From Felis catus (taxonomy: Eukaryota): DNA of 64,000 nucleotides. The notes below the pieces were generated by a model. It did not search any database. It worked only from the letters and a program-made list of their open reading frames with translations, and was not told the origin of the DNA. The DNA lies in contig NC_058368.1 in NCBI RefSeq assembly GCF_018350175.1, positions 201,378,001 to 201,442,000 on the forward strand, written 5' to 3'. Made by a program: the position numbers and the translations under genes. How positions within the stretch are numbered: the stretch's first letter is position 1; the number at the start of each line of letters is the position of its first letter. Of this stretch, positions 13,401 to 25,530 are shown in pieces.

Positions 13401-15483
13401 CTAACACATTACCTTCCAGGGATCGCAGGGTTGACAACTTGCTTCTCATCAGAAATGACGGAAACCAGGAAACAATGAAATGATATTTTTATGGTGCTGA
13501 GAGAAAACAAAACTCTGCCTACCAAGACTTAAATCCAATGTCTCAAAACTAAAGTGAAATAAAAATGTTTGAGGTAAAAAAAAAACCCAAAAGCTGAAAT
13601 AATATGTTACCAGTGGACCCACACTGAAAGACATACTAAGAGGAGTTTTTCAGATAGAAGGAAAATAATCAGAGATTGAAGCACAGATGTTGAGAAAATG
13701 CAATAAAAGGCATTAAAAAGAATATACATATTATCATCTCTTTTCATATATTCTTTTTTTAAGGTAGAAACAATATCCAAAATTGACATTCTAGACAATA
13801 AGGCAAATCACAGCATGTATCAAATGATTAAAAACCCAGCAAAGTACCTTCTCTGACTACAGAGGAGTTAAGCTAGAAATAAGAATCTAATGATAGCTCA
13901 TACAATGCTCAAATATTTAGAAATTAAGCAATAGAATTATGGGTTACCTGTGCATCAAAGAAGAAAACCCAATCAATTTTATAAAATATTTTGGGCTGAA
14001 TGTTAATGAAAATGTCACACCTAGAATTTTAGGGCATGCAAGTAAAATGGGGTGTAGACATACATACAAATTACTAATAATAGGAAAGAAAAAGTAGACA
14101 TCTTACAGATTCTCCAGGTAATAATAGGTTAAAAAAAAAAAGAACAGAGTTAGGCAAATAACTTTAAAAATGTCAATGAAATGAAAAAACCTCTAGAAAA
14201 AAATAACAACTTACCCTAAGTAACAAGAAAAAGAAGTAGAAAATTCAAATAATCCAGTATTTATCACAGACACTGAGAATTTATCATAGAGAAAGCTACC
14301 CTAGAATTCCCAGGTGAATTCTTCCAAACATGTACTGAAGGTATAACATTAACCTAACCATTTTTTTCCAGAGAACATGTAAGTCTGAAATAACAAAATA
14401 CAAACAAAATTTTCCCAAATGATAAAAAAGAGGAAACACTTGCCAACTAATTTTCATAAGTCTGGCACAAACTTGACACCAATATCTGAAAAGAACATTA
14501 AAAGAAGGGACTATTTTACATCAACAACTCTCATGAACCTGGATGCAAATTATAAACAAAATATTAACATATTGTATCAAGCAATATATTTAAAAGGACA
14601 TAAAGAGATAATAAAATAGAATTTATTCCAAAAATTCAGGTCGTTTTTATATTAAAATGTTCATTAATTTAATTCAATCCATTAACATAAGACCAAAAAA
14701 AAAAAGTATGAATAAGTCAATGGATGCAGAAAAACCATTGATAAAATTCAATAGCCATTCATGATTAAAAAAAAAAAGTCTAAGAAGTTCAGGAATAGAA
14801 GCAGATGCTTATAATCTATTAAATTATATAGTATGTAGCAGACATCATATCTAATGACAAATAAGTGAAAGCCTTCCCTTAGCACTTGGAAACAAGGCAA
14901 GGAGACTGACATTGTGACTTCTATTCAACTGTGTCCTGAAAATCCTAACCAGTGCAATAGGATGGGAAAAATAAATAACATATGTAGTAATACAAAGGCA
15001 GATATTAGATGATCATTATCTCTAGCTAATACAATTATATATTTAGAAAGTGCTAAATAATCTACAGACATGGTCTACACAGACAATACTCTATAGACAA
15101 AATTTATAGATTAAATAAAATTTTTGCTCAAATACTCAGCAAGTTATTTTAGTGAAAATTGACAAGGTGAGTCTAAATTCTATACGTAAATGTAAAGGCT
15201 ACAAAAGCTAAAATGATCTTGAAGAAAAACAAAATAGCAGATATAAAAACATATTCTACCAGATACTGACTTGCTCTAAACTCAGAAATGAAGACAGCTT
15301 GAACTGGTGCCAAGATAGTCAATTAGATCTATGGAACTGAATGGAGTCCAGAAACAGACTGACATGTGTATTGTTAAGTGATATATGGCAAATGTGTTTC
15401 CATAGTTTCACAAGGGAAGGATGGACTTTTCAATAAATGAAGCTTTTGATATTAAATGGAAAAAAAATCTCGACTCCTAACTC

Positions 15484-15486
<3 letters not shown>

Positions 15487-15517
<31 letters not shown>
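15487..15517. repeat. (CA)n microsatellite
   Basis: Seen directly. Confidence 0.9.
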
Positions 15518-15519
<2 letters not shown>

Positions 15520-16812
15520 TTCCAGGTGGATTATAGAACTAATGTGAAATGTAAAAGAATGAAGCCTGCAAAAGCTTAAATAGTAGAATAGCTTCCTTAC
15601 TTTATAGATAACAAATAGGATAACAAATTTTAATTATGAAGGAAGGATCAGTTATAAGCCTTCCTTAAAATCAAAAACTACCTTTCATCCAAAGGCATAA
15701 TTATGGGAGTAAAGACAAGCCACAGGGTGGGAGAAGTTATTTATAATATATATATAAAAATATATATATTATATATATATAAAATATACATATATATTTA
15801 ATAAAGTTCCTGAATCTAGAATATGTAAAAAAATCCTCAAATCAGTAAGGACACTACAGAACCAACTACCTACATTCCCAATGGGCAAATGGCTTGAATG
15901 GGTACTTAACAAAAGTGGGTATTTAAATGGCCGATATGGAAAAGGGCCCAACATTATTAATAATCAAGGAAATTAAAATTAAAACCAGCCTACTGGAATA
16001 CCATTAAACTGACATACAAATGTTTTCTTTTTTCATTTAACAGTGTTAGGTACCAGCAAAACTGAGGAACAATTGGAATCCTCACACTCTGCTGACAAAA
16101 CTGTTAATTGGCAAAGCCAATTTAACAGTTTCTCTAAAGCTGAGAGACAAATACTCTGACCCAACAATTCCATTCTAGGTACACATCCAATAAGAATATG
16201 CATGTATATGTACCAAAAGACAATTATAAAAATATTCATAGCAGCATTATTCATTCATTTATAGACCAAAAAAGGAGACTTAAATATCCATCCATCAACA
16301 ATAAAATGGATAAATTATGGTACAGTGGAATACCATATAGCAACAAAAATGAATGAACTATCATTATACAAAGCAATACAGATAAAACTCTCAAACACAA
16401 TTTTTAGCAAAAGAAGCTAGAAACCAAAGGTACTTGCTATACAATTCCAATCACATAAAGTTCAAAACAAGATAAATCTAAAGTGACAGAAGTCAGTAGA
16501 GCAAGTTATATCTTTGGGTAGATAATGCTGTTAATGTTTATTTCTTTTGCAGGTGGTTTCTCTGGTGCCTTTACTTTCTACAAATTAATCAAGCTGTTCT
16601 CTTAGGAAGTATGTATTTTTCTTTATTGTGTTATATGCATAAATAGTGTACTTTAAAATGCTTTTAAAAAAGAACAAAGCAGAAAGTGAGGAAATAAAAA
16701 GTATACTTTTAAGATAATATTTTGAAGAAGAGTTAGTTCATGGAGAATTAGGAAAAAAGACACAAAAGAGAGAAAGAATGTTGAAGTCAAAGGGCAAGAA
16801 AAGTGGCTGTGA

Positions 16813-17570
16813 ATTTATTTTTTTCTTAAATATAATTTATTGTCAAGTTAGCTAACATACAATGCATACAGTATGCTCTTGGCTTTGGGAGTAGATTCCC
16901 ATGATTCATTGCTTACGTACAATACCCAGTGCTCATCATTTACATACAAGTGCCCTCGTCAACCCATTTTCCCCTCTCCCCCGCCCTCCCATCAACCCTC
17001 AGTTTGTTCTCTGTATTTAAGAGTGTCTTATGCCTACCTCTCTATTTGAACTATTTTTTCCCTTCCCTTCCCCATGGTCTTCTAAGTTTCTCAAATTCCA
17101 CATTTGCGTGAAAATATATGATACCTGTTTTTCTTTGACTGACTTATTTCACTTAGCATAATAACCTCCAGTTCCATCTTCACTGATACAAATGGCAAGA
17201 TTTCATTCTTTCTCAATGCCAAGTAGTATTCCATTGTATATATAAACCTCATCTTCTTTATTCACTCATCAATTGATGGACATTTAGGCTCTTTCCATAA
17301 TTTGGCTATTGTTGAAAGTGCTGCTATAAACATTGGGGTACATGTGCCCCTATGTTTCAGCACTCTTGTATCCCTGTATCCCTTGAGAGAATTCCTAGCA
17401 GTGCTATTGCTGGGTCATAGGATAGTTCTATTTTTAATTTTTTGAGGAACCTCCACACTGTTTCCCAGAGTGGCTGCACCAGTTTGCATTCCCACCAACA
17501 GTGCAAGAGGGTTCCCATTTCTCCATATCCTCCCCAGCATCTATGGTCTCCTGATTTGTTCATTTTAGTC
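16813..17570 (-). mobile_element. young carnivore/felid L1, 3' UTR plus ORF2 C-terminus (piece A)
   Basis: Poly-T tail, carnivore L1 3' UTR, and an ORF encoding [37 protein letters not shown]. Confidence 0.93.
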
Positions 17571-18504
17571 TGACTGACTAATTTCTCTTAGCATCATACC
17601 CTCTAGTTCCATCCACATAGTTGCAAATGGCAAGATTTCATTCTTTTTGATTGCTGAGTAATATTCCACTATACATATATATCACATCTTCTTTATCCAT
17701 TCATCTGTCACTGGACATTTAGGATCTTTCCATACTTTGGTTATTGTCGATAGCACTGCCATAAACATTGGGAAACAGCACACCTGTATCCCTTGGATAA
17801 ATACCTAGCAGTGCAATTGCTGGGTCATAGGGTAGTTCTATTTTTAGTTTTTTGAGGAACCTCCACTGTTTTCCAGAGTGGCTGCCCCAGTTTGCATTCC
17901 CACCAGCAGTGCAAAAAGGATCTTCTTTCTCCACATCCTTGCTAACATCTGTTGTTGCCTGAGTTGTTAATGTTAGCCATTCTGACCGGTGTGAAGTGGT
18001 ATCTCATTGTGGTTTTGATTTGTATTTCCCTGATGATGAGTGATGTTGAACATTTTTTCATGTGTCGGTTGGCCATCTGGATGTCTTCTTTGGAGAAGTG
18101 TCTATTCATGTCTTTTGCCCATTTCTTCACTGGATTATTTGTTTTTTAGGTGCTGAGTTTGGTAAATTCTTTATAGAGTTTGGATACTAACTCTTTATCT
18201 GATATGTCATTTGCAAATCTCTTCTCCCATTCTATCAGTTGCCTTTTAGTTTTGCTAATTGTTTCCTTCACTGTGCCGAAGTTTTTATTTTGATGAGGTC
18301 CCAATAGTTCATTTTTGCTTTTGTTTCCCTTGCCTCCAGAGACGTGTTGAATAAGAAGTTGCTTTGGCTAAGGTCAAAGAAGTTTTTGCCTGATTTCTCC
18401 TCTAGGATTTTGATAGCTTCCTGTCTTACATTTAGGTCTTTCATCCATTTTGAGTTTACTTTTGTGTATGCTGTAAGAAAGTGGTCCAGGTTCATTTTTC
18501 TGCA
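17571..18504 (-). mobile_element. carnivore L1 ORF2 3' part, different subfamily (piece B), 5'-truncated
   Basis: ORF fragments [33 protein letters not shown] and [22 protein letters not shown]. Restarts at the ORF2/3' UTR boundary and aligns closely with 59524-60491. Confidence 0.93.
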
Positions 18505-18809
18505 GGCCAGTCTGCTTTCAATGAGAGGATTAGTGTCATTGTTTTATGTCAGTTCTGAGTGGTCACCTTCTTTTGTGTTATGTTCACTTTACAAAATATT
18601 TTTAATCACAAAAAGTTTACATAATCATTATAAAAACACAGAAGTAGGTAAGATAAGAAAATGAAGTTTCCTCTCTGTATGCCCTTAAATCCCTTAGCAT
18701 TAACAATTGCTTGTAACTTGGATTATTTTATTAGGAACATTTTTGGCCAAAGATAACCTTCAATATGAAAATAAGTGCAAAATTTTAAGATCCCACTTAA
18801 AACTATCTT

Positions 18810-19004
18810 TTTAAAAAAGTTTATTTATTTATTTTAGGAGAGAGTGGGGGGAAGGGGGAGAGAGAGCAGGAGATAGAGAATCCCAAGCAGACTCCACACT
18901 GTCAGCACAAAGCCAAATGCAAGCTCTATCTCACAAACCGTGAGATCATGACCTGAGCCGAAATCAGGAGTTGGACTGAATCAACTGAGCCACTCAAGCA
19001 CCCC
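18810..19004 (-). mobile_element. CAN-SINE
   Basis: TSD acttaa(a/g)actatctt at 18795-18809 and 19008-19022. Confidence 0.92.
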
Positions 19005-19427
19005 AAAACTTAAGACTATCTTAATTAATCAGTTTCCTTAGGATCTTAAAATAAGGGAAATAATGCTTCTGAAATTCTAACCTGATGTTTTTCCGTGTTG
19101 GTGGTTAACCAAGAATGGGAACTGAGAATAAGGACAATTTCAATCTTATTGTTCTAGTCATTTGTTAGCAGAAAGCCAAAAGTAGTAGTCTCATGATTAT
19201 ATTCACTGAGCTTGCTAAATTCTGCATTTGAGAAAAAAAATCAAAAATTGCAAAATAGGTACATATATCTTTGTTAAAAATGTTTCAGTGGCCCAGGATG
19301 TTCATATTTTCCTCTAATAGCATTTCCCTATCTGTATCTTCTAAATTTCAATGGAACTTCTTTCCTGATTGATGATTTCCTGAGACAACTATGCTGTAAA
19401 TCTCAAATTTTGTGTTTTTCTTTTCAG

Positions 19428-19530
19428 TTGACTGTGAGCTCCTGTAGGCAAAGACTTTGCCTTATTATTCATTTTTATCCTTAGTCCTTAGCATTTTGTC
19501 TGGCATTTGGTAAGGGTTAGATTAATAAAT
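19428..19530 (+). mobile_element. L2 3' end
   Basis: gactgtgagctcctgtaggcaaagact...ttagca...tctggcatttggtaag...aataaat. Confidence 0.7.
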
Positions 19531-20003
19531 CCAGTCCTTGTTAAAAAAAAGAGAGAGAGAGAGAGAGAGATTTTCAGATTTATTTATAAATTATCTTGAA
19601 CTAAATATACGAGTAAGATAACTAAATCATTACTGTCCAGAATGCTAAATGGCTGTTCACACACTCAATTGTTCCTTCCTAAACATACGCAGACTTATGT
19701 ATAAGGGACTTGCCTGGGAGGGAATCAGACCATAAGAGAGTTGGATTGATATAACCTAAATAATAATTATTCAATGTGATCAGCTATCTTGCACATGCAG
19801 TATTCTTTCAACAAGCCAGAATTCTTGTCTGTGAATTATATGAGCAGTATTTTCAGATTAATTTTTAGCTTAAGCTCAATTTTCAATTTGTGATCTCTTT
19901 GGACAAATCATATCAGAACATAGCAATGAGACTGCTTACATGTGACCTTCACAACAGACTTCTTGCTTCTTGCTTTCTCAATCTTATTTTGTATTTAAAA
20001 AAA

Positions 20004-20195
20004 TTTTTTTTATAATCTTTATTTATTTTTTGAGAGAGAGAGAGAAACAGATAGAGTGAGAGCAGGGAGGAACAGAGAGAGAGGAAGACACAGAATCCGA
20101 AGCAGGCTTCAGGTTCCTAGCTGTCAGCACGAACTGTGAGATCATGATCTGAGCTGAAGTCGGATGCTCAATCGACTGAGCCACCTAGGCACCCC
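20004..20195 (-). mobile_element. CAN-SINE with internal deletion
   Basis: Antisense SINE. The gtcagcac|gaactgtgag junction lacks the segment between two 'cac' motifs that other copies carry. Confidence 0.92.
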
Positions 20196-20208
20196 TCATT
20201 TCATATTT

Positions 20209-20530
20209 TATATATATATACACACACACACATATATATAGATGTGTGTATATATATATATACATATATATATACACACATCTATATATATGTGTGTGTG
20301 TGTATATATATGTATATATGTATATATGTATATATGTATATATGTATATATGTATATATGTATATATATATATACACACATCTATATAGATGTATATATA
20401 TGTACATTGTATATGATGTATATATATGTACATTATATAGATGTGTATATATATACACATTATATAGATGTGTATATATATATATACACATCTATATAAT
20501 GTATATATAGATGCATATATATGTATATAT
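20209..20530. repeat. complex (TA)/(TG)/(TATATG) alternating purine-pyrimidine repeat with palindromes
   Basis: Seen directly. Source of the spurious Y/I-rich ORFs. Confidence 0.95.
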
Positions 20531-20944
20531 AAATGTTTTTTTCATTTTAAAATCCAAATTTGGAAAGAACACATGTATTTGCAAGTAGCTTTAATAAAAT
20601 TATGAGTTTGCTTAGAAGATGAGTTTGTTATTTACCTCCAGTGTCCTAAATCTCAGTGAAAATGGGCTACACAATTTCCATATTTTATATTTATTAATAG
20701 CAGTAAATGGACTCCAAGGCAATTCTAGAGAAGCGTGAAGTGACACATTAGTAAATGGGCATGTCTTTTTGATACAGGCTCAACTGGCTGCAAAGTTAAA
20801 TGGTTAGTCAATCACTCCAGAAGTAAATTCTGAACTTTTTAAAATACTAAACTGATTTTTATTTTCACTCAGATTCAATGGATTGTAAATCTTTAGGAAA
20901 TATAACAGATTATCTTATAGACACAGAGAACAAATTATAGTTAG

Positions 20945-21310
20945 CTCATTAATTTTCATTCAGTTCATCAAATAGTTATTAAGAAATTGCTTCTGCAGAA
21001 GTTGAACAGATCCAAATGGCAGAGAGGAAGGAATATAAGCAAAGGCAGGAAAATACTGAATATTTGAGGGCAACCTGTGGTACAATATGGCTCCAATTAT
21101 TAGATTCTATGGAGAGGATATGGAAGATGGAGTTGGATTATATTATAGAGGGCCTTGACTACAATTGATAAGAGTTTGTCTTCATTACTTAAGCAATTTA
21201 AAAGCAACCATGGAAAGGTTTTATATAGAGGATTGGCCCTTGTAGAGACATCGCTTAAGAAAATTAATCTGCAAATAGTATCAAGATCAGTGGTGTTAGA
21301 AAAATGGGAA
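20945..21310 (-). mobile_element. L2 fragments
   Basis: ttcattcagttcatcaaatagttattaa ... agcaaaggcaggaa ... tagagggccttga ... gcaaccatggaaaggtttt. Confidence 0.55.
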
Positions 21311-21487
21311 AAAGATATCTATAAGACACCATTATAATGCAACTTAATACATTTCATTCAAATTCTATTGGATTTCTGCCTATTTGAATTTTTGATTAGC
21401 CAGGGTAATATACTTCTCTTTGAAATGTAAATATTTCAGATTCACATAAAGCTCACATTCACTTGGCTTTTGTAATGTTCGTGTACG

Positions 21488-21615
21488 TTATCTCATTAAA
21501 CCCTTACAGGAGATTTTGCTGATGAAGAAATGGAGAATCAGGAAAAGTAACTTTTTCAAGATTACACAGACAATAAGCTGCAAATGTTTAGAGCAGAAGA
21601 ATGAAATGAAATCAA
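21488..21615 (-). mobile_element. MIR fragment
   Basis: ttttgctgatgaagaaatggagaatcaggaaaagtaactttttcaagattacacag. Confidence 0.55.
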
Positions 21616-23037
21616 CATTTCCAGGGAAAATTGTCTGGGGAAAATACACTGCATAGACTACAGGTAAGTAAAGATTACAAATAAAGAGGCAACAGCAATA
21701 ATTCATTAATGGCAGGCATGAATTAACCTGTATTTGCTGATATGGTTAGAGTACTAAGTTAGATTTTCCAATTCTCTTGGTAGTAAAAAATTGTGACAAT
21801 AAATTCCACACAGTCCAACCGTTTTATTTTCTGGGTGTTTTTTGTTGCTATTGTTGTTATTGTATGTATATTTGTGTTTATTTTGCAGTGAGGGAAAGTA
21901 AGTACCTATAAAGGATCTATTACCTAAGTTGCTGACTTAGACGAGTTTGTTGCTGATTTCAAGTTCCCTTTAGTCTAGAATAATATAGTGATGTCCCCTC
22001 CTCCCTTTTATATGTAGGATTGCACATATGCTATTTATCTTTAACATATAAAGTTCTTAGAGCCATACTTCTAGAGTCATACTTTCAAAATGATTTCCAT
22101 AAATTAAAAAATGTAATCCAGGTGAAATATTAGGAAGTCAGATATTCCAGCCATGCTGAGGAGTTTTGTGTTACACCACTGGAAGTCAGCATTTGTCAAT
22201 GAACATTCTACATTTCAAAACAGAAGAATGGATTCCAAATTAATAACCCTTCTAAATCAAACAGGTTAAGCTTAAACACTTTGCCAGTTATTGTGTGGGT
22301 GAAGTTTTTTCAGCAGTGCTTATTATAAGTTTTGATAAACTAAACCTACACATTTTTCTTACCTTGGGTTAAATCACACTTCTACTTTGCTTTCAACAAG
22401 CATGCTTATTTATAAATCAGAACTAATCCAGGGAAAATGATGACATAAATAAATGTCGGTGGGAGGGAGCTAATTGGGTATGCCATAAGTATAGGAAGTG
22501 GTACCCTGAAAGTTATAGCACTTTGGAATATGAAAGATGGAGTCAGTGCAATATTTATATTTCAGCCCTTTTCCTCCCTAAATCACATTTCTTGTGCAAG
22601 AGTGCTTATTGGCCAAAGGAAAGTTTAGTGAATCAGGCCTTAAATTACTGCACTCAGTAATTGTTGACATATGTGTACTTTACAGCGCTAATTTATTTCA
22701 CCATGAACCCAGTGTTTACGAACACACAAAAGCAGATTTATAGTATGCGAGATTAAGAACATTTTTATCCTTTATTTTGGATTTTTAGGTTAGATAGATT
22801 TAAAAATGTAAAATACACGTGAGAATAATGTGAATCTGCCCAGTGTGAAGCACAATAATAAACCATAAATTGCTACTTCTTGAGTAATTGTGGAAGAAAA
22901 TAATCTCCTTTAAAAGACATTATAACATATGTTTGAAATGCTAAGAAAAATTGAAGATCTAAGATCTAAGGTCGTGTTAACAGATAAGATCTTGAGGGAT
23001 CACAGGATTAGGTTATGTTTTTAGTAGTGAGGCTATC

Positions 23038-23262
23038 TAGCATTTACTGAGCCCTCACTCTTGGCCTGGCACTGTTCTGAGCCCTCCTCATCACTTAGCT
23101 TGTTGAGCCATCACAGCAAACATCTGAACTGGGCACTGTTAATATTCCTATGTAATAGATGCAGTGTTCCGAGTCTGAAAAGTTAAATGACTTCCCTGAT
23201 CCTGATGTCACAGCTAAGTGGGTAATCTAGGATTCAGACCCAGGTCTTCTGTCTCCAGAGCT
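23038..23262 (-). mobile_element. MIR, near full length
   Basis: catttactgagccctcact...ggcactgttctgag...agttaaatgacttccc...gtcacagctaagtg...ggattcagacccaggtcttctgtctccagagc. Confidence 0.8.
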
Positions 23263-23808
23263 GAGGGCAGCCACTGCCAGTGTTGGAATAGAGTTTGCTC
23301 TTTCCAGTGAATATAGAGAAAATGCTAGCCTCTTACCCAATTGGCATTACTGAAAAAACAGTAACTTATTCCAACCTTCATAAGTACAGGTTGAGACAGA
23401 GTAAAATGGAAGTTGATTCGGGTGTAACTCACATGTTCAAAGATCACTGAAAAAAAATTATTAAACTTGTTGCATGGCCCATTCTTCTCCTGGTTTTATT
23501 CTTTTCCTTCTTATCTTTTTTTCACCCTTTGTTTTCCTATCAGTCTAAAAAAATGAATAAAAAAAGAATAAAAAAGTGGGAATTTAATCAATGTTTACAG
23601 TATATACTGGTCTATATATGTGTATATGCTGGTCTTTATATGCTGGTCTGTATCCTGCATATGTAGGTTTAAAATACCAAGAGAATCACATAGTTTAAGA
23701 AGGATGCCTCATCTTTATTCTCAAGAGCATATAGTCTAGATAAAAAGCAAGGCATAAAACAACAAAGGACAATGAGAAATGATTAAATGCTAAAATATGT
23801 GGTAGAGA

Positions 23809-23980
23809 GGGGCACCTGGGTGGCTCAGTCAGTTAAGCGTCCGACTTCAGCTCAGGTCATGATCTCACAGTTCATGAGTTCAAGTCCCGCATCTCATCTC
23901 GCTCTGTGCTGACAGCTCAGAGCCTGGAGCCTGCTTAAGATTCTTTGTCTCCCTCTCTCTCTCTCTCTCTGCCCCTGCCC

Positions 23981-24023
<43 letters not shown>

Positions 24024-24061
24024 AAATAAATAAAATATTTAAAATTTTTTAAAAATAAAAA
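23809..24061 (+). mobile_element. CAN-SINE with expanded (CT)n
   Basis: TSD taaa(a/g)tatgtggtagaga at 23791-23808 and 24062-24079. Confidence 0.95.
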
Positions 24062-24514
24062 TAAAGTATGTGGTAGAGATAATCAAAGTTCAAATGTTCA
24101 CATTTGGGAGTTATATTTAGAAAAGCCATTTTCCCCAATTATCAGAGGGTATAAAATATTTGAATAAATAGGAATGAAAGATATAGGAGTAAACCAATGG
24201 TTGGAGTTTAAAAAAAACAATAAAAGCAATAGCATGGTATTAAATACAACCTTTCCCTATTTGTGAGACACTAAGAACATTCACTCGACCATAGTAAGAG
24301 GTACATGTTGAGGAAGCTTTTGAAAACTAATTCAAATACTAAGATTCAAATAAAGAATGATTTGGAAATCTAAAAAAAAATGATTTGATTTCATCTAAAA
24401 TGTACATACGATTGAAGAAAAAAACTCCATAATTTGGGGGCCAGTCTTTTCCTTTGAGCCAACCTTTCTTTTGAGCGTTTAGCAAATATATATGGGGATA
24501 GACTGGGGCTTTCT

Positions 24515-24547
24515 CACTTGATCTTAGACAAAAGGCCGAGAAGTGAT
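24515..24547 (-). pseudogene. RNU2: 3'-truncated tailless U2 snRNA retrocopy (U2 nt 1-33)
   Basis: Reverse complement ATCACTTCTCGGCCTTTTGTCTAAGATCAAGTG versus the U2 5' end ATCGCTTCTCGGCCTTTTGGCTAAGATCAAGTG (31/33). Flanked by 16-bp direct repeat gactggggctttctca at 24501-24516 and 24549-24564. Confidence 0.93.
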
Positions 24548-24550
24548 TGA

Positions 24551-24753
24551 CTGGGGCTTTCTCAACGTCAGCACTATCAGTATTTTGGTCTGGATGTCTG
24601 TTGTTGGGCACTGTTCTATGCATCCCTGGCCTCTATCCACTAAATGTCCGTAGTACCTGCCCCCCCCCAGCCCTGAGTTGTGACAAGGAAAAATGTCTCC
24701 AAATGTTACCAAATGTCCCCTGGAGGAGGAAAGTCACCCCCATGAAGAACCTC
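24551..24753 (-). mobile_element. MER20 (hAT-Charlie)
   Basis: tttctcaacgtcagcactat...gcatccctggcctctatccacta...agttgtgacaagga...aaatgtctcc...aaatgtcccctgg...gaagaacc. Confidence 0.88.
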
Positions 24754-25257
24754 AGGGATAAACCTTGCCTCTTTGGACTCAAATGCATAATATATTCCTA
24801 TCTGTGACAGGAAGTTTCAGGGTACATAAATGGCAGTGTGGAACCACTTCAAAAACTTCTTATTTGGATTGCAAAATACAGTTAAATATTGATGCTATGC
24901 AGTTTGGTCTCATAAACTCTGAACTTCTATCTTAAGGAAAGGATAGACATAATAGAGTTTTGTTGTTTTTGGAAATAATGGTTTTATTGGTCACAAACAA
25001 GTCAGCTAATTCAGCTACCCTCACGGTTTCCTCATCATTTAAAGCAAGTTTTATTTTATTCTCTACTAATTTCCCCTTGTTCTGTTTCTCCATATCCTTA
25101 TTCCTTTATATGTGTTCTCTCTCTTCAACCAAACTATAAACCTCTTGATCACATTTTTCCTTAGAAACACATTTCTAAAAGTATGCTTCCAGAAAGGGCA
25201 ATAAATGTTATTTGATTAAAATAAAGTTATGCTATTTCATATAATGGTATTTCTGTT

Positions 25258-25530
25258 CATATATATATGTAATGTACACACACTTAAAATATAAAATAAT
25301 ATTAGATACTTAACATTTAATATATTTTTATTTATAATATAATATAAATATTATAAATATAATTATGTATAATAATATAATTTGCTGTGTTATAATTTAT
25401 TACTATTATAATAATATAATTTATAATAATATAATGTTTAATAAAAACTATTTTAAGTATTTGGAAAAGCATTCTGTTATATAATGATACTTTACTAATA
25501 AATAGATAATAATTTATTTAATGAGAATTA
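25258..25530. repeat. extremely AT-rich low-complexity tract
   Basis: Almost exclusively A/T (ataatataat-type) over ~270 bp. Confidence 0.75.

Larger units (their letters stand above)
12600..16668 (+). mobile_element. old decayed L1 (L1M/L1ME-type): ORF1, internally deleted ORF2, 3' UTR
   Basis: Colinear remnants: ORF1 (atagctatgattaacatgctcaag), EN (ttctctgactacagaggagttaagctagaaat), RT (atggatgcagaaaaaccattgataaaattcaa; ggaaacaaggcaagg...ttctattcaac), C-terminus (tgacccaacaattccattctagg) and 3' end. Many stops and frameshifts. Confidence 0.85.

Noticed and set aside
20185..20510. Four overlapping Y/I/C-rich ORFs
   Set aside because: Translations of a TA/TG microsatellite lacking stop codons.
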